Of a DNA stretch of 64,000 nucleotides, positions 1 to 9,587 are shown piece after piece. The position numbers were made by a program, and so were the translations under genes. The DNA lies in contig CBDIID010000003.1 in NCBI GenBank assembly GCA_965279515.1, forward strand, positions 4,096,001-4,160,000, written 5' to 3'. The number at the start of each line of letters is the position of its first letter. Within the stretch, counting starts at the first letter, position 1. Below the pieces are notes generated by a model. It had not been told where the DNA came from and made no database searches. It worked only from the letters and a program-made list of their open reading frames with translations. The DNA comes from Turneriella sp. GTDB lineage: Bacteria > Spirochaetota > Leptospiria > Turneriellales > Turneriellaceae.

Positions 1-151
1 CGAGGGTTTTCAGCAGCATGGTTTTTCCCGAGCCGTTTTTTCCCATGATAACCAGCGTCTCGCCGGGCTGCATTTCGATGCTGATGTCTTCGAGAATTTT
101 TTTTTCAGCTATGGTGAGCGAAATATTTCTGAGCGCGACTGCCTGTTCCAT
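1..151 (-). CDS. ABC transporter ATP-binding protein (N-terminal part, runs off the window)
   Basis: Manual translation from ATG at 151 gives MEQAVALRNISLTIAEKKILEDISIEMQPGETLVIMGKNGSGKTMLLKTL, with Walker A GKNGSGKT; the start overlaps the TonB stop. Confidence 0.85.
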   Translation of the reverse strand, partial: MEQAVALRNISLTIAEKKILEDISIEMQPGETLVIMGKNGSGKTMLLKTL

Positions 152-909
152 TACGTATCCCTCATGCGGAATGTGACGATGACGACGCCCGTCGCGCGCT
201 CGCCCGAAGCCGAGGGTGAAAACACCGCGTTGCGGTAGGCGTTCTTGGCATTGATATCGAGCTTTGCATAACCCGAAGATTTAATGACTTCGATCTCTTC
301 GACGCGGCCATCGGGCCCCACTTCAATCAAAAGTTCAACGCGGCCCTGTCCCGATTTTTTGCGCACGCTTTCGGGATAGTCGATGGCGGGCAGGGTGATG
401 AGTCTCCGTGCCGCACCTTTTTTCCAGCGCGTGCTGGTACCGGTGTCGCCCTTGGGTACAACCACCGCTTCATTTTCACCGCGCTTTCCGGTTTTGCCTG
501 TGGTTTCATTCCCCCAGGAAGTGTTTTTTGATTTGGGCCGTGTCGCATTTGTCTCAGAATTGTTGCGCGTATGCATTTTCTGCTCGTAGGCGCTCCAGGG
601 ATCTGAAGGCGTCGAAGGCGCGTTGCTGTTAGTTTTGCTGCCTTTTTGCGGCCGTGACGCTGCCGATGCGGCGGATTGACTGCGTTTCTGTTTACGGCTT
701 TTCTGCGGAACTTCTTCTTCCGTTTCTTCGTCACGCTCTTCGAGCCGATTAGGTGTGTCGTTGCGCTCGATGACGAGTTTGACTTCGAGCGGATTGCCCA
801 GATTGCGGCTCGCGAACAATATCAGCAACAAAAATAGTATGGCATGCGCCGCAACAGAAATAAAAAACGCGCGGCGTTCGTGGGATTTAAAAGAGAAAAT
901 TTCGGGCAT
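151..909 (-). CDS. TonB family energy transducer
   Basis: N-terminal TM with SxxxH (ISVAAHAIL), low-complexity linker, C-terminal YPESVRKKSGQGRVEL...VIKSSG...LD TonB_C pattern. Confidence 0.85.
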   Translation of the reverse strand: MPEIFSFKSHERRAFFISVAAHAILFLLLILFASRNLGNPLEVKLVIERNDTPNRLEERDEETEEEVPQKSRKQKRSQSAASAASRPQKGSKTNSNAPSTPSDPWSAYEQKMHTRNNSETNATRPKSKNTSWGNETTGKTGKRGENEAVVVPKGDTGTSTRWKKGAARRLITLPAIDYPESVRKKSGQGRVELLIEVGPDGRVEEIEVIKSSGYAKLDINAKNAYRNAVFSPSASGERATGVVIVTFRMRDT

Positions 910-912
910 AGC

Positions 913-2163
913 TCATTTGCGGAAGATCTTTTTTACATAACCGATTCCGTCTATGAGCCTGTCAACATCGTCACGGGTATTATAAACAGAGAACGAGGCC
1001 CGGGCAGTCGCCGGTACGCCGAGCGCGCGCATCAAAAGCTGGCAGCAGTGGTGTCCGGCGCGCACGCAGATATCCTGTTCGTCGAGCAAGGTGCCGGTAT
1101 CGTGGGCATGCACGCCCGCAATTTCAAAGGAATAGATCGGCGAGCGGCGGGGGGCAGAGCCACCGAAAAACCGCACGCCGGCTGCCTTGAATTTTTCATC
1201 CGCATAGGCCATGAGTTCGCTGTCGCGCCCGTGGATGGCCGGCGCAAATTCACCGGCAAATTCGAGGGCCTTGCCGAAGGCATAGATTTCGCCGACGGCC
1301 TGCGTGCCGGCCTCGAATTTCGCCGGCGCTTCGAGGTAGCTGGATTTCTCCCGTTCGACAAGGCTGATCATACCGCCGCCGCCCTGGTAGACATCTGCCG
1401 CGTCGAGCACGGGTTTGCGGGCGACAACGGCGCCGACGCCTGTGGGCCCGAAAATCTTATGCGCCGAGAATGAAACAAAGTCGGGCGCGAGTGCGCGGAT
1501 CGTTTCGGGGGCATGGATCACGGCCTGCGCGGCGTCGAGTACGAAAGCCGCACCGGTATCACGGGCTGCCTGCCGGTACGGTGCCAGGTCATGGACGATG
1601 CCCGTGACGTTCGACTGCAAACTCAGCGAAACGATGCGCAGTGAATAGGTGGATTGAATTTCCTGCAGGAAGTTTGGGGCCGCGTTGAAGTTGCCATCCG
1701 CGTCGACGGGAATATAGAGCAGCTTGTAGCCGCGCTCTGCCGCGAAAATCTGCCACGGGACAATATTCGCATGGTGCTCGCTGTCGCTCAGCAGGATAGC
1801 CGGCGGTTTGGTGCCGGCAAAACTTTTAAAGAAATCGGTTAACTTTGATTTCGGTGAAGTCAGGATATGCGCAATCAGGTTCAGGCCGTCTGTGGTGCCT
1901 TTGACAAAAACCGCCGTCGTATCGCTTTGATCGGAAACAAATTGTACTACCTGTGACCTGACTCTTTCAACGGTGTCGGTCGCGCGCTGCGACAGGCGGT
2001 AGACACCGCGGTGTATGTTCACCGATTCGCGCGCGGTGTATTCGACCAGGGCATCGACGACGCGCTGTGGTTTGAGTGACGTCGCCCCGGAGTCGAGATA
2101 GACGATGCCGGGGTTCGCGGAGAAAAAAGGAAACTCGGCGCGGGGATCTTTCTGCATGAACAA
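913..2163 (-). CDS. sufS: SufS-type cysteine desulfurase (class V PLP enzyme)
   Basis: YLDSGATS, EHHANIVPW, DAAQ, FSAHKIFGPTG (PLP Lys), VRAGHHC catalytic motif; start probably the internal Met of MQKDPR. Confidence 0.9.
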   Translation of the reverse strand: MFMQKDPRAEFPFFSANPGIVYLDSGATSLKPQRVVDALVEYTARESVNIHRGVYRLSQRATDTVERVRSQVVQFVSDQSDTTAVFVKGTTDGLNLIAHILTSPKSKLTDFFKSFAGTKPPAILLSDSEHHANIVPWQIFAAERGYKLLYIPVDADGNFNAAPNFLQEIQSTYSLRIVSLSLQSNVTGIVHDLAPYRQAARDTGAAFVLDAAQAVIHAPETIRALAPDFVSFSAHKIFGPTGVGAVVARKPVLDAADVYQGGGGMISLVEREKSSYLEAPAKFEAGTQAVGEIYAFGKALEFAGEFAPAIHGRDSELMAYADEKFKAAGVRFFGGSAPRRSPIYSFEIAGVHAHDTGTLLDEQDICVRAGHHCCQLLMRALGVPATARASFSVYNTRDDVDRLIDGIGYVKKIFRK

Positions 2164-2182
2164 CGAGAAGATAATCTAAAAA

Positions 2183-3688
2183 TCAAAGCTTGTCCAGTTT
2201 AGGCTCGACTGTGAAAAGTACCGGTCCGTCAAAAATTCTCTGCACAACCTTGCCATCGACCTTGGCAGCCAGCGGAAAATTACCGCTGCCGATGAGCAGG
2301 CGTTCTCCCGCCGGCACGAGTACGGTCGGCCGCGAGGGCAGGGTTATGTGGCGGCGGGTGAAGGTGAAATCCGTGCCCGGCTCAAGCAGCGTCAGATCCT
2401 GTTTTCGTGATGGGTCGGTATAAAACCGGGCGATCGCGATCGTGTTTTTTTTGCCTTGGGGAATGAGTGCCATCGTTAGTGCACCCGGTACAGATTCAAA
2501 GCGTAGTTGTCTGAGGGATGCGGCATTCTGCTCGAGGCGGTAAATCCTGAGGCCCTGATCGGGCTTGTTTTCGTTGTAGGGGCCTGAATCCGCATTGTCG
2601 CCACTTAACACCAGAATTTCGGGATTGCCGTCGCCGTCGATGTCGGCTATTTCGAGCCAGACAGCGCCGAGATGTGGCGGAAAATCGATCAGGCTGCGCT
2701 CGGTGGTGCGGCCATTTTCATAGACGAGATGCAGCAGTGCCTCGCGCGCCCCGCCTGCCAGGGCAAGAAATTCCGTGCGTTTCGCCCTGAGCGACAGGGG
2801 TGCCAGCCGCACGATCGAAGCATGGTTAGAGAGTGTTTTCTCTTTATAACCCGCCGGGCTGCTTTCAAACAGCAAAATGCCGCCACCCGTCACTGCGCCG
2901 AAACCTGCAACGATGAAATCCGCCTTGCCGTCGCCGTTCATATCGGCGGTTAAAAAATGCCCCGAGCGCGGCAGGTCTTTGAGAATTTTTCGCGCTGAAT
3001 GTGTTTTCGCATCGATGGAGTAGAGCGCAGCCTTGTTTTCGTCGCTGAGCGCGCCAAGAAGGCTACCGAGCGTCAGAACATAAAACCCACCGTCGGCCGG
3101 GGCGATATGCACCGGAGGCGAATCGAGCATCACAGAAAAATCTGCAGAGAGATCGCTCTTTAGGAATTCCAGTTTGCCCGTGACACCGCCCCCGATTGCA
3201 ATGCGCCCGTCGGCGAGCTTTTGCAACATGGTCACACCCTGGTCCGCAAAGGGCACGGGAGTCGCTTTCAGCTCGCCGGCACTTTCATGGGATTCGAACG
3301 GATAGCGGGCAAGGCCCAGGTAATAGGCGCGCAGGTTTTTCCAGTCAGCGGCAGAAATCTGCGGCGTCGCGGGGATTAAACCGGATTTTTTGAGAAGCTC
3401 ATAGCGGCCTTTGAACTGCGCCCGTTCAACATCATCGAGCCCGCGCGAGGCGTCGATGCCGTGGAAGAGTCCCATATACGCGAGCATAAAGGCCGCATTG
3501 TCCTGCGACATCGATTCGGGCTGTGGTGTGAGATGGCAGCTGCTGCAGTATTTTTCGGCGACGGCGCGGCCCTTCGCTACATTGGCCCGGCTGGCATCCA
3601 GGTCTTCGCCGCGGAAATCGCTAAAGCGCGCGCGCGTGCAGTGAGAAGTGAAAAGCGCCGCGATCAGTATCGCGGCTGTACGCTTTAT
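2183..3688 (-). CDS. Cytochrome c (CxxCH) / FG-GAP-repeat lipoprotein
   Basis: ORF extends 59 codons upstream of the listed Met 3511, adding signal peptide IKRTAAILIAALFTSHC and heme motif CSSCH (3533-3547); FG-GAP repeats DMNGDGKADF and DIDGDGNPEI; start appears to be ATA. Confidence 0.75.
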   Translation of the reverse strand: MKRTAAILIAALFTSHCTRARFSDFRGEDLDASRANVAKGRAVAEKYCSSCHLTPQPESMSQDNAAFMLAYMGLFHGIDASRGLDDVERAQFKGRYELLKKSGLIPATPQISAADWKNLRAYYLGLARYPFESHESAGELKATPVPFADQGVTMLQKLADGRIAIGGGVTGKLEFLKSDLSADFSVMLDSPPVHIAPADGGFYVLTLGSLLGALSDENKAALYSIDAKTHSARKILKDLPRSGHFLTADMNGDGKADFIVAGFGAVTGGGILLFESSPAGYKEKTLSNHASIVRLAPLSLRAKRTEFLALAGGAREALLHLVYENGRTTERSLIDFPPHLGAVWLEIADIDGDGNPEILVLSGDNADSGPYNENKPDQGLRIYRLEQNAASLRQLRFESVPGALTMALIPQGKKNTIAIARFYTDPSRKQDLTLLEPGTDFTFTRRHITLPSRPTVLVPAGERLLIGSGNFPLAAKVDGKVVQRIFDGPVLFTVEPKLDKL

Positions 3689-4143
3689 CGTGCCCCCGAT
3701 TTAATGAGCAAGGTTGCGAGCTCGGTATGACCGCCGCGCTGCGCCAGCATCACTGCCGTTTCGCCATTGGGCGATCTATAGTTCGGATTTGCCCCGGCGG
3801 CGAGCAGGGCACGCGCAGCTTCGGTATGACCACCGACACAGGCGAGCATGAGCGCGTTCCAGGTGAATTTATTCAGCGTATGCACGTCGGCCTTGGCTGC
3901 AAGAAGCGCGGTCAGGACTTTTAATTGTCCTCGTTCCGACGCGGCCATGAGCGCGGTATAACCCGTCGAACTCTTCTGGTTGATATTCACACCCTGGGCG
4001 ATGAGTTCAGCGACGCGTTTTTCGTCGCCGTTTTCCGCGGCGTCGACGAGGTTGTCTGAGGGCGTCGCAAAAGTTTTTTTCTGCGACGAGCCACAGTACG
4101 TGAACGCTGTTAGAATCAGAACCGGGAAAAGAACCTTGTGCAT
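3685..4143 (-). CDS. Ankyrin-repeat lipoprotein
   Basis: Signal peptide ending FTYC; ankyrin repeats GYTALMAAS, TWNALMLAC, GETAVMLAQ. Confidence 0.85.
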   Translation of the reverse strand: MHKVLFPVLILTAFTYCGSSQKKTFATPSDNLVDAAENGDEKRVAELIAQGVNINQKSSTGYTALMAASERGQLKVLTALLAAKADVHTLNKFTWNALMLACVGGHTEAARALLAAGANPNYRSPNGETAVMLAQRGGHTELATLLIKSGAR

Positions 4144-4154
4144 GGGAGATCCTC

Positions 4155-4958
4155 CTAACCTTTTTCGTATTTTGACTGGTTTTCGAGCCCCGCTTTGCGG
4201 AGCGTATCGATGAGAGCGGGGGCAAGGCCCGGCAGGGCGCTGGCGGTTTTTGCAAACAGCCCGCGCCAGAAGGGTAGCGTGATCTCGGGTTCATTCTTGC
4301 CCAGAACGCCCAGAATCGCATCGGCGATATCTTTTGCTGTCAGCGGAGCGCTGCCTGAAAAGGTCAGCGCCGCTTCGGGATAATCTTTTTGCAGGTCGAG
4401 CATCGGTGTCTTTACCGCGTCGGGGCAGACGACCGTAACGCAGACACCGTGGTCTTTGAGTTCGCTCGCGAGCGCGAGCGTAAAGCCGCGCACGGCAAAT
4501 TTAGAGGCGCTGTAGAGGCCGATACCGGGAATCGGCGCCACACCGGCGAGCGAGGCGATGTTGATGATGTGGCCCGTTTGGGCCTTCTTAAATTCGCGCG
4601 CGGCGATCGAAGAACCGAGCATCACGCCTTTGACATTGATGTCGATGTGGAAATCGATATCCTTCGAGGTTATTTTGTCTATATAACCGGGCTTAAGAAC
4701 ACCCACCGCGTTGATGAGCGCATATACGGGGCCCAGGGCCTGAGCATGGTTAAAAACCTTTTCCCATTCGTCGGCGCTGCGCACGTCGAGCTTCAGCGTC
4801 TGCACGCGCGTGTGTGTGCCGAGCTTGCGCAGCGCTACCTCGTCGACATCGGTTGCGACGACAATCGCACCGCTCTGGTGCAGGGCGGTGACGAGCTCTT
4901 GCCCGATGCCGCCGGCCGCGCCGGTGACGATGATGACTTTACCTGAAATTTCCGCCAT
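4155..4958 (-). CDS. SDR family oxidoreductase
   Basis: TGAAGGIG, NIASLAG, YSASK catalytic motif; start taken at MAEISGK. Confidence 0.9.
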   Translation of the reverse strand: MAEISGKVIIVTGAAGGIGQELVTALHQSGAIVVATDVDEVALRKLGTHTRVQTLKLDVRSADEWEKVFNHAQALGPVYALINAVGVLKPGYIDKITSKDIDFHIDINVKGVMLGSSIAAREFKKAQTGHIINIASLAGVAPIPGIGLYSASKFAVRGFTLALASELKDHGVCVTVVCPDAVKTPMLDLQKDYPEAALTFSGSAPLTAKDIADAILGVLGKNEPEITLPFWRGLFAKTASALPGLAPALIDTLRKAGLENQSKYEKG

Positions 4959-4968
4959 TGCTTGTCCT

Positions 4969-5886
4969 TTAACCGGTTTTGCGTCTGTCTTCGTTCTCGG
5001 TAAATTTAAAAATTTCCTGCGCGATGCGTTCGTCACTCTCCATGGTCAGAAAATGCCCCACCTGCGGCAGAATGCGCAGCGTGAATTCGCTGGCGATTTC
5101 TGCATGCATACCTTCAAACATCTCGGGTAGAATACAGCCGTCACCCGAACCAGTGAGTGTCAGTGTGGGAATTTGTACAGGCGCCAACGATAATTCCCGG
5201 CTGCGGTTATATAACGCCAGCTCGCTTACAAACGGGCTCATGAGACCGCGGTAATAGGCGAGCGCATTTTTCAGAATCTGTTCATCGCCAAAGGCGTTTT
5301 TGACCGCAGTGAGTGCATCGGCGTCGAGCGTTGCACCGGGTGACCATTTGGACCACAGGTTTTCGATGAAAGCAAAATTGTCTCGGGCCACGCGTGCTTC
5401 TGGTATGCCGAACCGCAGCTGGAAGAACAAAATATACCAACTCTGCAAAATCTGCGAGGGGTTTTTCCACAGGTTGGACAAAAATACTTTTAAGTGCGGC
5501 ACGCTCAGCGTCACGAGACAGGAAAATTTTTCAGGGGCCAGGTTCGCCGCGGCGTATGCGGTGATTGCTCCCCAGTCATGGCCAATGAGGAGTGCATCTT
5601 TAAAACCCGCGGCCTCGACCATGGCAACGGCATCTGCCGCAAGATCGGCGACCTGAATGGTTGCCATGGGATTTTCCTGTAGTTCGCGCGGCGTATTCAT
5701 CTGCGTGTAGCCGCGCAGGTAGGGCGCAATACAGGTGTAACCCGCCGCGGCAAGGCGCGGCATCAGGCGGTTCCACGTGCGTGGTGTATCGGGAAAACCG
5801 TGGAGGAGTAGAGCGAGGCGTTTGCCTTCGCCTTGTTTCAGTGCGGGGTGAGAGAGGCCATTCGCGGTAAGAGTAATTTGTTGCAT
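4969..5886 (-). CDS. Alpha/beta hydrolase (epoxide-hydrolase-like)
   Basis: LLHGFPD, GHDWGA nucleophile elbow, C-terminal GHF. Confidence 0.9.
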   Translation of the reverse strand: MQQITLTANGLSHPALKQGEGKRLALLLHGFPDTPRTWNRLMPRLAAAGYTCIAPYLRGYTQMNTPRELQENPMATIQVADLAADAVAMVEAAGFKDALLIGHDWGAITAYAAANLAPEKFSCLVTLSVPHLKVFLSNLWKNPSQILQSWYILFFQLRFGIPEARVARDNFAFIENLWSKWSPGATLDADALTAVKNAFGDEQILKNALAYYRGLMSPFVSELALYNRSRELSLAPVQIPTLTLTGSGDGCILPEMFEGMHAEIASEFTLRILPQVGHFLTMESDERIAQEIFKFTENEDRRKTG

Positions 5887-5937
5887 AGAAGAGAGTGGGT
5901 CATTACGATCAGAGGCGCGTCAACGGGATCAATCCCC

Positions 5938-6288
5938 CTAGCTTGCCTTCTGCTGCATCTCACACTGACCTTCAAAGATAACGCCGTCGTCGATCTCGAG
6001 TTTCGGCGCACGGATGTTGCCAATGAGTTTCGCGCCCTGCTTGAGTTCGACCTTTTCAGTCGCGACCACGTTGCCCGTTACCTGCCCATATACAACGACG
6101 TATGCCGCTTCGATATGCGCAGTGACTTTTGCTTCAGGCCCGATCTCGAGCATTTCGCCGCCCTTGATCTCGCCCTCGTAGTTGCCGAGAATGCGCAGCG
6201 GTTTTGCGAACTGCAGAATGCCCTTGAAACTCGAGCCGTGCGCGAATGTGGTGGCGTCGCCGCGACGCCGTGGTTCTCTGGATGCCAT
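5938..6288 (-). CDS. Bactofilin (polymer-forming cytoskeletal protein)
   Basis: Beta-helix repeats FKGIL, YEGEI, VTGNV, LIGNI; C-terminal GVIFEGQCEM. Confidence 0.9.
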   Translation of the reverse strand: MASREPRRRGDATTFAHGSSFKGILQFAKPLRILGNYEGEIKGGEMLEIGPEAKVTAHIEAAYVVVYGQVTGNVVATEKVELKQGAKLIGNIRAPKLEIDDGVIFEGQCEMQQKAS

Positions 6289-6289
6289 A

Positions 6290-6511
6290 TTATTTCGTCT
6301 TCATTACATACACGCCATCCCAATCGGGTGGCGGCGGCTCTTCGATAAAATGTTCGCAGCGCTCGAGGTAAACCTGCGACGGGCCGTCTTCTTTTCTGAT
6401 CGCCAGAGCCTTTTTGAACATCTCGGCGGCCATTTTGAACTCGCGTTTTTTGTAAAGCGCCAGCCCTTCATTATAGACCTGCAGCACCTGCTGCATCTGT
6501 TGCGAAAGCAT
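6290..6511 (-). CDS. Small TPR protein
   Basis: YNEGLALYKKREFKMAAEMFKKAL TPR helix pair; C-terminal PPPDWDGVYVMKTK. Confidence 0.75.
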   Translation of the reverse strand: MLSQQMQQVLQVYNEGLALYKKREFKMAAEMFKKALAIRKEDGPSQVYLERCEHFIEEPPPPDWDGVYVMKTK

Positions 6512-6557
6512 GGGCGTGTGTAGAGATAAAGGGAGGGATGTAAAGAAAAAAGGGCGC

Positions 6558-6693
6558 GGTATATCTAAAAGGCGCGCATTCGGGGCAAGCGGCCGAAAAG
6601 AAAACCGAAAGCAGGCCGTTTCGGCCGCTTTAGCAGGAAATCGCGAAGCGATTTTCGAGGCTTTCGGTTTTCTTGCGCCTCTTTAGATATACC
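6558..6693. repeat. Palindromic MITE-like / structured intergenic element
   Basis: Terminal inverted repeats 6558-6575 / 6675-6693; internal pairs 6587-6598 / 6619-6630 and 6598-6612 / 6660-6674. Confidence 0.6.
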
Positions 6694-6704
6694 CTAGCGG
6701 CGAT

Positions 6705-7706
6705 TCAGGGCTTCAATTCGGTCGGTATTATTTCGAAGTTCATCCGCCGGTTATCCCGAATTATAGTCAGATCCACACGATTCAACGCCTCCTTTTGACT
6801 CAGAAGGCGGTGTAGTACGTCGATGCTCGCGACTGCTTCGCCGTTCAAATAGACAATAATGTCGCCGTATTTGAGCCCAACCGTGGCAGCCGGCGAACGG
6901 CTCTCCACATGTGTCACCAAAACCCCGGTTTCACCGATTCTAAGGGACCGCGAAACGACGCGCGGAAAGCGTGTGTTCGAGACACCGACGCCAAGATACG
7001 CGCGGCGTATCTTACCCTCGCGTATCAGGTGCATCACCACAAACTGCGCGGTATTTGCAGCAATCGCAAAACAGATGCCCTGCGCCGAGGGGATGATGGC
7101 ACAATTGACGCCGATGACGCGCCCTGCCGAATCGATGAGTGGCCCGCCGCTGTTACCGGGGTTTAAGGCAGCGTCGGTCTGTATGATGTCGTCCATCAGG
7201 CGCCCCGACTGGGCGCGCAGCGACCGGCCCGTGCCGCTGACGACGCCGGCGGTTAGGGTGTAGTCAAAACCATAGGGGTTGCCGAGCGCGATGGCGATCT
7301 GGCCGGCGCGCAGAGCCGCCGAGTCGGCGAATTCGAGGGCCTTGAAGCCAAAGCCGTTGATCTTCAGCACGGCGAGATCGCTATGCGGGTCATTGCCCTG
7401 TATCGTCGCAAAATAGCGGCCGCCGTCGAGTGTGCGTACCTCGATGTCGCCTTGTGCCGCGACGACATGCGCATTGGTCACGACATAACCTTCGGGGCTG
7501 ATAAAAAATCCGGAACCTGTACCCAGTACCGAATCGCGCTTGCCCTTTTTGAGCATTGTGATTTTGACCACCGAGGGAGAAACCGCGGCGGCGACGGAGC
7601 TCACCGTATGCGAGTAGGCATCGAGCAGCACCGCATCGTTGCTTGCGGGGGCGCTTTGCGCCCCGGCTACCGAGTGTTCAGAGGAGACAAGTTTTAAGGC
7701 CGGCAT
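6705..7706 (-). CDS. HtrA/DegQ-like serine protease with PDZ domain
   Basis: TNAHVV, DLAVL, IQTDAALNPGNSGGPL catalytic triad; single C-terminal PDZ; no signal peptide. Confidence 0.9.
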   Translation of the reverse strand: MPALKLVSSEHSVAGAQSAPASNDAVLLDAYSHTVSSVAAAVSPSVVKITMLKKGKRDSVLGTGSGFFISPEGYVVTNAHVVAAQGDIEVRTLDGGRYFATIQGNDPHSDLAVLKINGFGFKALEFADSAALRAGQIAIALGNPYGFDYTLTAGVVSGTGRSLRAQSGRLMDDIIQTDAALNPGNSGGPLIDSAGRVIGVNCAIIPSAQGICFAIAANTAQFVVMHLIREGKIRRAYLGVGVSNTRFPRVVSRSLRIGETGVLVTHVESRSPAATVGLKYGDIIVYLNGEAVASIDVLHRLLSQKEALNRVDLTIIRDNRRMNFEIIPTELKP

Positions 7707-7751
7707 GGCGAGAAGATATTCCTCCCGCGCACGATCGGCTCAAAAAACTTC

Positions 7752-9587
7752 TTAGCGCTTCTCAGAGCCGAGCTTTTCAAAATCCACCGCGAGCTCGATC
7801 TTGTGATCGCTCAGGTACCTGAGAATCGCGAGGTTGTTACGGCTCACCGTTTCATGGTAGCGGGTGTATGGCTCGACAAAATATTGTATGCGGATATAAA
7901 AACCGAAGGCGTCGAATTTCATAAAGTGCACCTCAGCCTCGGGGCTATAACCTGAGGTTTCGATGATTTTTTTGATTTCAACAATCGTCGTTTCTACGGT
8001 GGCGACGCCGGTTTTCTGGTCGAGCAGAATCTTACCGCGGAACATCCGCTTCTGCCCGCCCGAGGTGACGTTGTTGACAAAACCGTTTGCCAAAATCGAA
8101 TTCGGTACGACGAGAATACTGTTATACTTGGTACGGATCGTCGTCGAACGCATGCCGACCTTTTCGACGCGGCCCCAGGTCTTGATCGGCGCATCGAGCA
8201 GCAGGTAGTCCCCCTCTTTAATGACCTTATCAATGTAGAGAGAGATGCCGGCAAAGATATGGCTCACCGCCTCGCGGCCTGCCATCGCCAGCGCGAAACC
8301 CCCGACCCCGAGACCCGCGACGGCAGAGTAGATATTGTAGCCGACCCGGTTCATCATCACCAGGAAGCCCATGAAATAGATGACGATTTTGCCGGTGCGT
8401 ATCAGCAGCGGAAAAAGGTGAGCCATTTCGGAGTCGTCGGGCCGCGCACGCAGGCGTTCGCGCCAGCGCAGCATCGAATTGGTAAAGAGCCGCGACGCAA
8501 ATATTGTCAGCAGCCAGATGACGGCTACCATGAGCGCCGATTGCACAATAACAAGAATCTGCGACGGTATCGCCAGAAATCTGATGCCGACCTTGATCGA
8601 GACGAGAAAGGCAATGGAGTAGATATATTTTTTCAGCGTGCTCAGAACCAGGTCAAAAAAAGCCACGCTCTTTTGCAGGTCTTCGTCCTTACGCATTTTC
8701 AGCCGCAGCAGAATCAGCAAAATACGGCTGAAGATCAGTGCAGCGAGAATCAGTGCGCCGAAATAGATCCACTGCAAGAGCGGGTTTTCGAGAAACATCG
8801 TGCGTTTGAGGTATTCGATCGGATTATTCGACGGTTCTTTATGCGCAGAAATACTGAAATGACCGTGCCCGAGTTTGGCGAATTCATAGAGAATTCGCAA
8901 AATCCCCTGGGGGTTTCCTTCGAGGGCCGTGACTTTCAGATCGGGAATCTCTTTAATCTTCACGCTTGCCGGGTCGGCCAGCAGCTCGTAGATCTTGCGC
9001 TCTTCAAAATATTTGAATGGCTGAAACATTTGCCGGTACTCTTCGGGTTTGCCGAGAAACCGGCGTACGAACAGGCATGTTGCCCAGCGGTGGTGGCCGT
9101 CGAGAATATAATATTTACCGTTTTCGTATGCAGTGAGAATGCTACCGTCGCAGGCGGAGAATTTTTTCTCGATGCTCAGGGTATCGATCACCTTAGGCGC
9201 GATGTTACCCCAGTAAATTTCAAACTGCGTCGGCACGAGGTCGCCGAGATTATCGAGGCGTTCATCGCGGCGTATCTTAACCTTGTCCTCAGGTTCGCCG
9301 GTTTCCAGTAGTTTTTCGAGTGAGCTGATGAACTGAAAATCCTTCGCCTGGTCGCCGGGGTTCAGTTCAATTTTACCGTCAGAAAGCCAGGCGAGAATTT
9401 CTTTTTGTTCCGCACCCGAGAATTGCGGCATGTCGGCATGGTGCATTGCCCATTTCGGCGCAGGCGTCGTGAAGAGCTTCATCTGCGCAATCCGCTCCGG
9501 GTGGGCGTTCTTATCGATGCGCGGCTCGAGACAGCCCGCTAAAGAAAAGGCAAAAAACGCCCAGGAAAGTCTTCCGGAGAACTGCAT
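7752..9587 (-). CDS. MscS-family mechanosensitive channel with N-terminal lipoprotein/ParB-like domain
   Basis: C-half: TM helices, AGLGVGGFALAMAG, GRVEKVGMRSTTIRT, VPNS. N-half: lipobox LAGC, LVPTQ and YYILDGHHRW. Confidence 0.85.
   Translation of the reverse strand: MQFSGRLSWAFFAFSLAGCLEPRIDKNAHPERIAQMKLFTTPAPKWAMHHADMPQFSGAEQKEILAWLSDGKIELNPGDQAKDFQFISSLEKLLETGEPEDKVKIRRDERLDNLGDLVPTQFEIYWGNIAPKVIDTLSIEKKFSACDGSILTAYENGKYYILDGHHRWATCLFVRRFLGKPEEYRQMFQPFKYFEERKIYELLADPASVKIKEIPDLKVTALEGNPQGILRILYEFAKLGHGHFSISAHKEPSNNPIEYLKRTMFLENPLLQWIYFGALILAALIFSRILLILLRLKMRKDEDLQKSVAFFDLVLSTLKKYIYSIAFLVSIKVGIRFLAIPSQILVIVQSALMVAVIWLLTIFASRLFTNSMLRWRERLRARPDDSEMAHLFPLLIRTGKIVIYFMGFLVMMNRVGYNIYSAVAGLGVGGFALAMAGREAVSHIFAGISLYIDKVIKEGDYLLLDAPIKTWGRVEKVGMRSTTIRTKYNSILVVPNSILANGFVNNVTSGGQKRMFRGKILLDQKTGVATVETTIVEIKKIIETSGYSPEAEVHFMKFDAFGFYIRIQYFVEPYTRYHETVSRNNLAILRYLSDHKIELAVDFEKLGSEKR

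Noticed and set aside
8259..9311. Long antisense ORF (350 aa), and similar ones at 45316-46350, 55717-56484 and 16049-16795
   Set aside because: Shadow frames of well-supported genes on the opposite strand; no motifs
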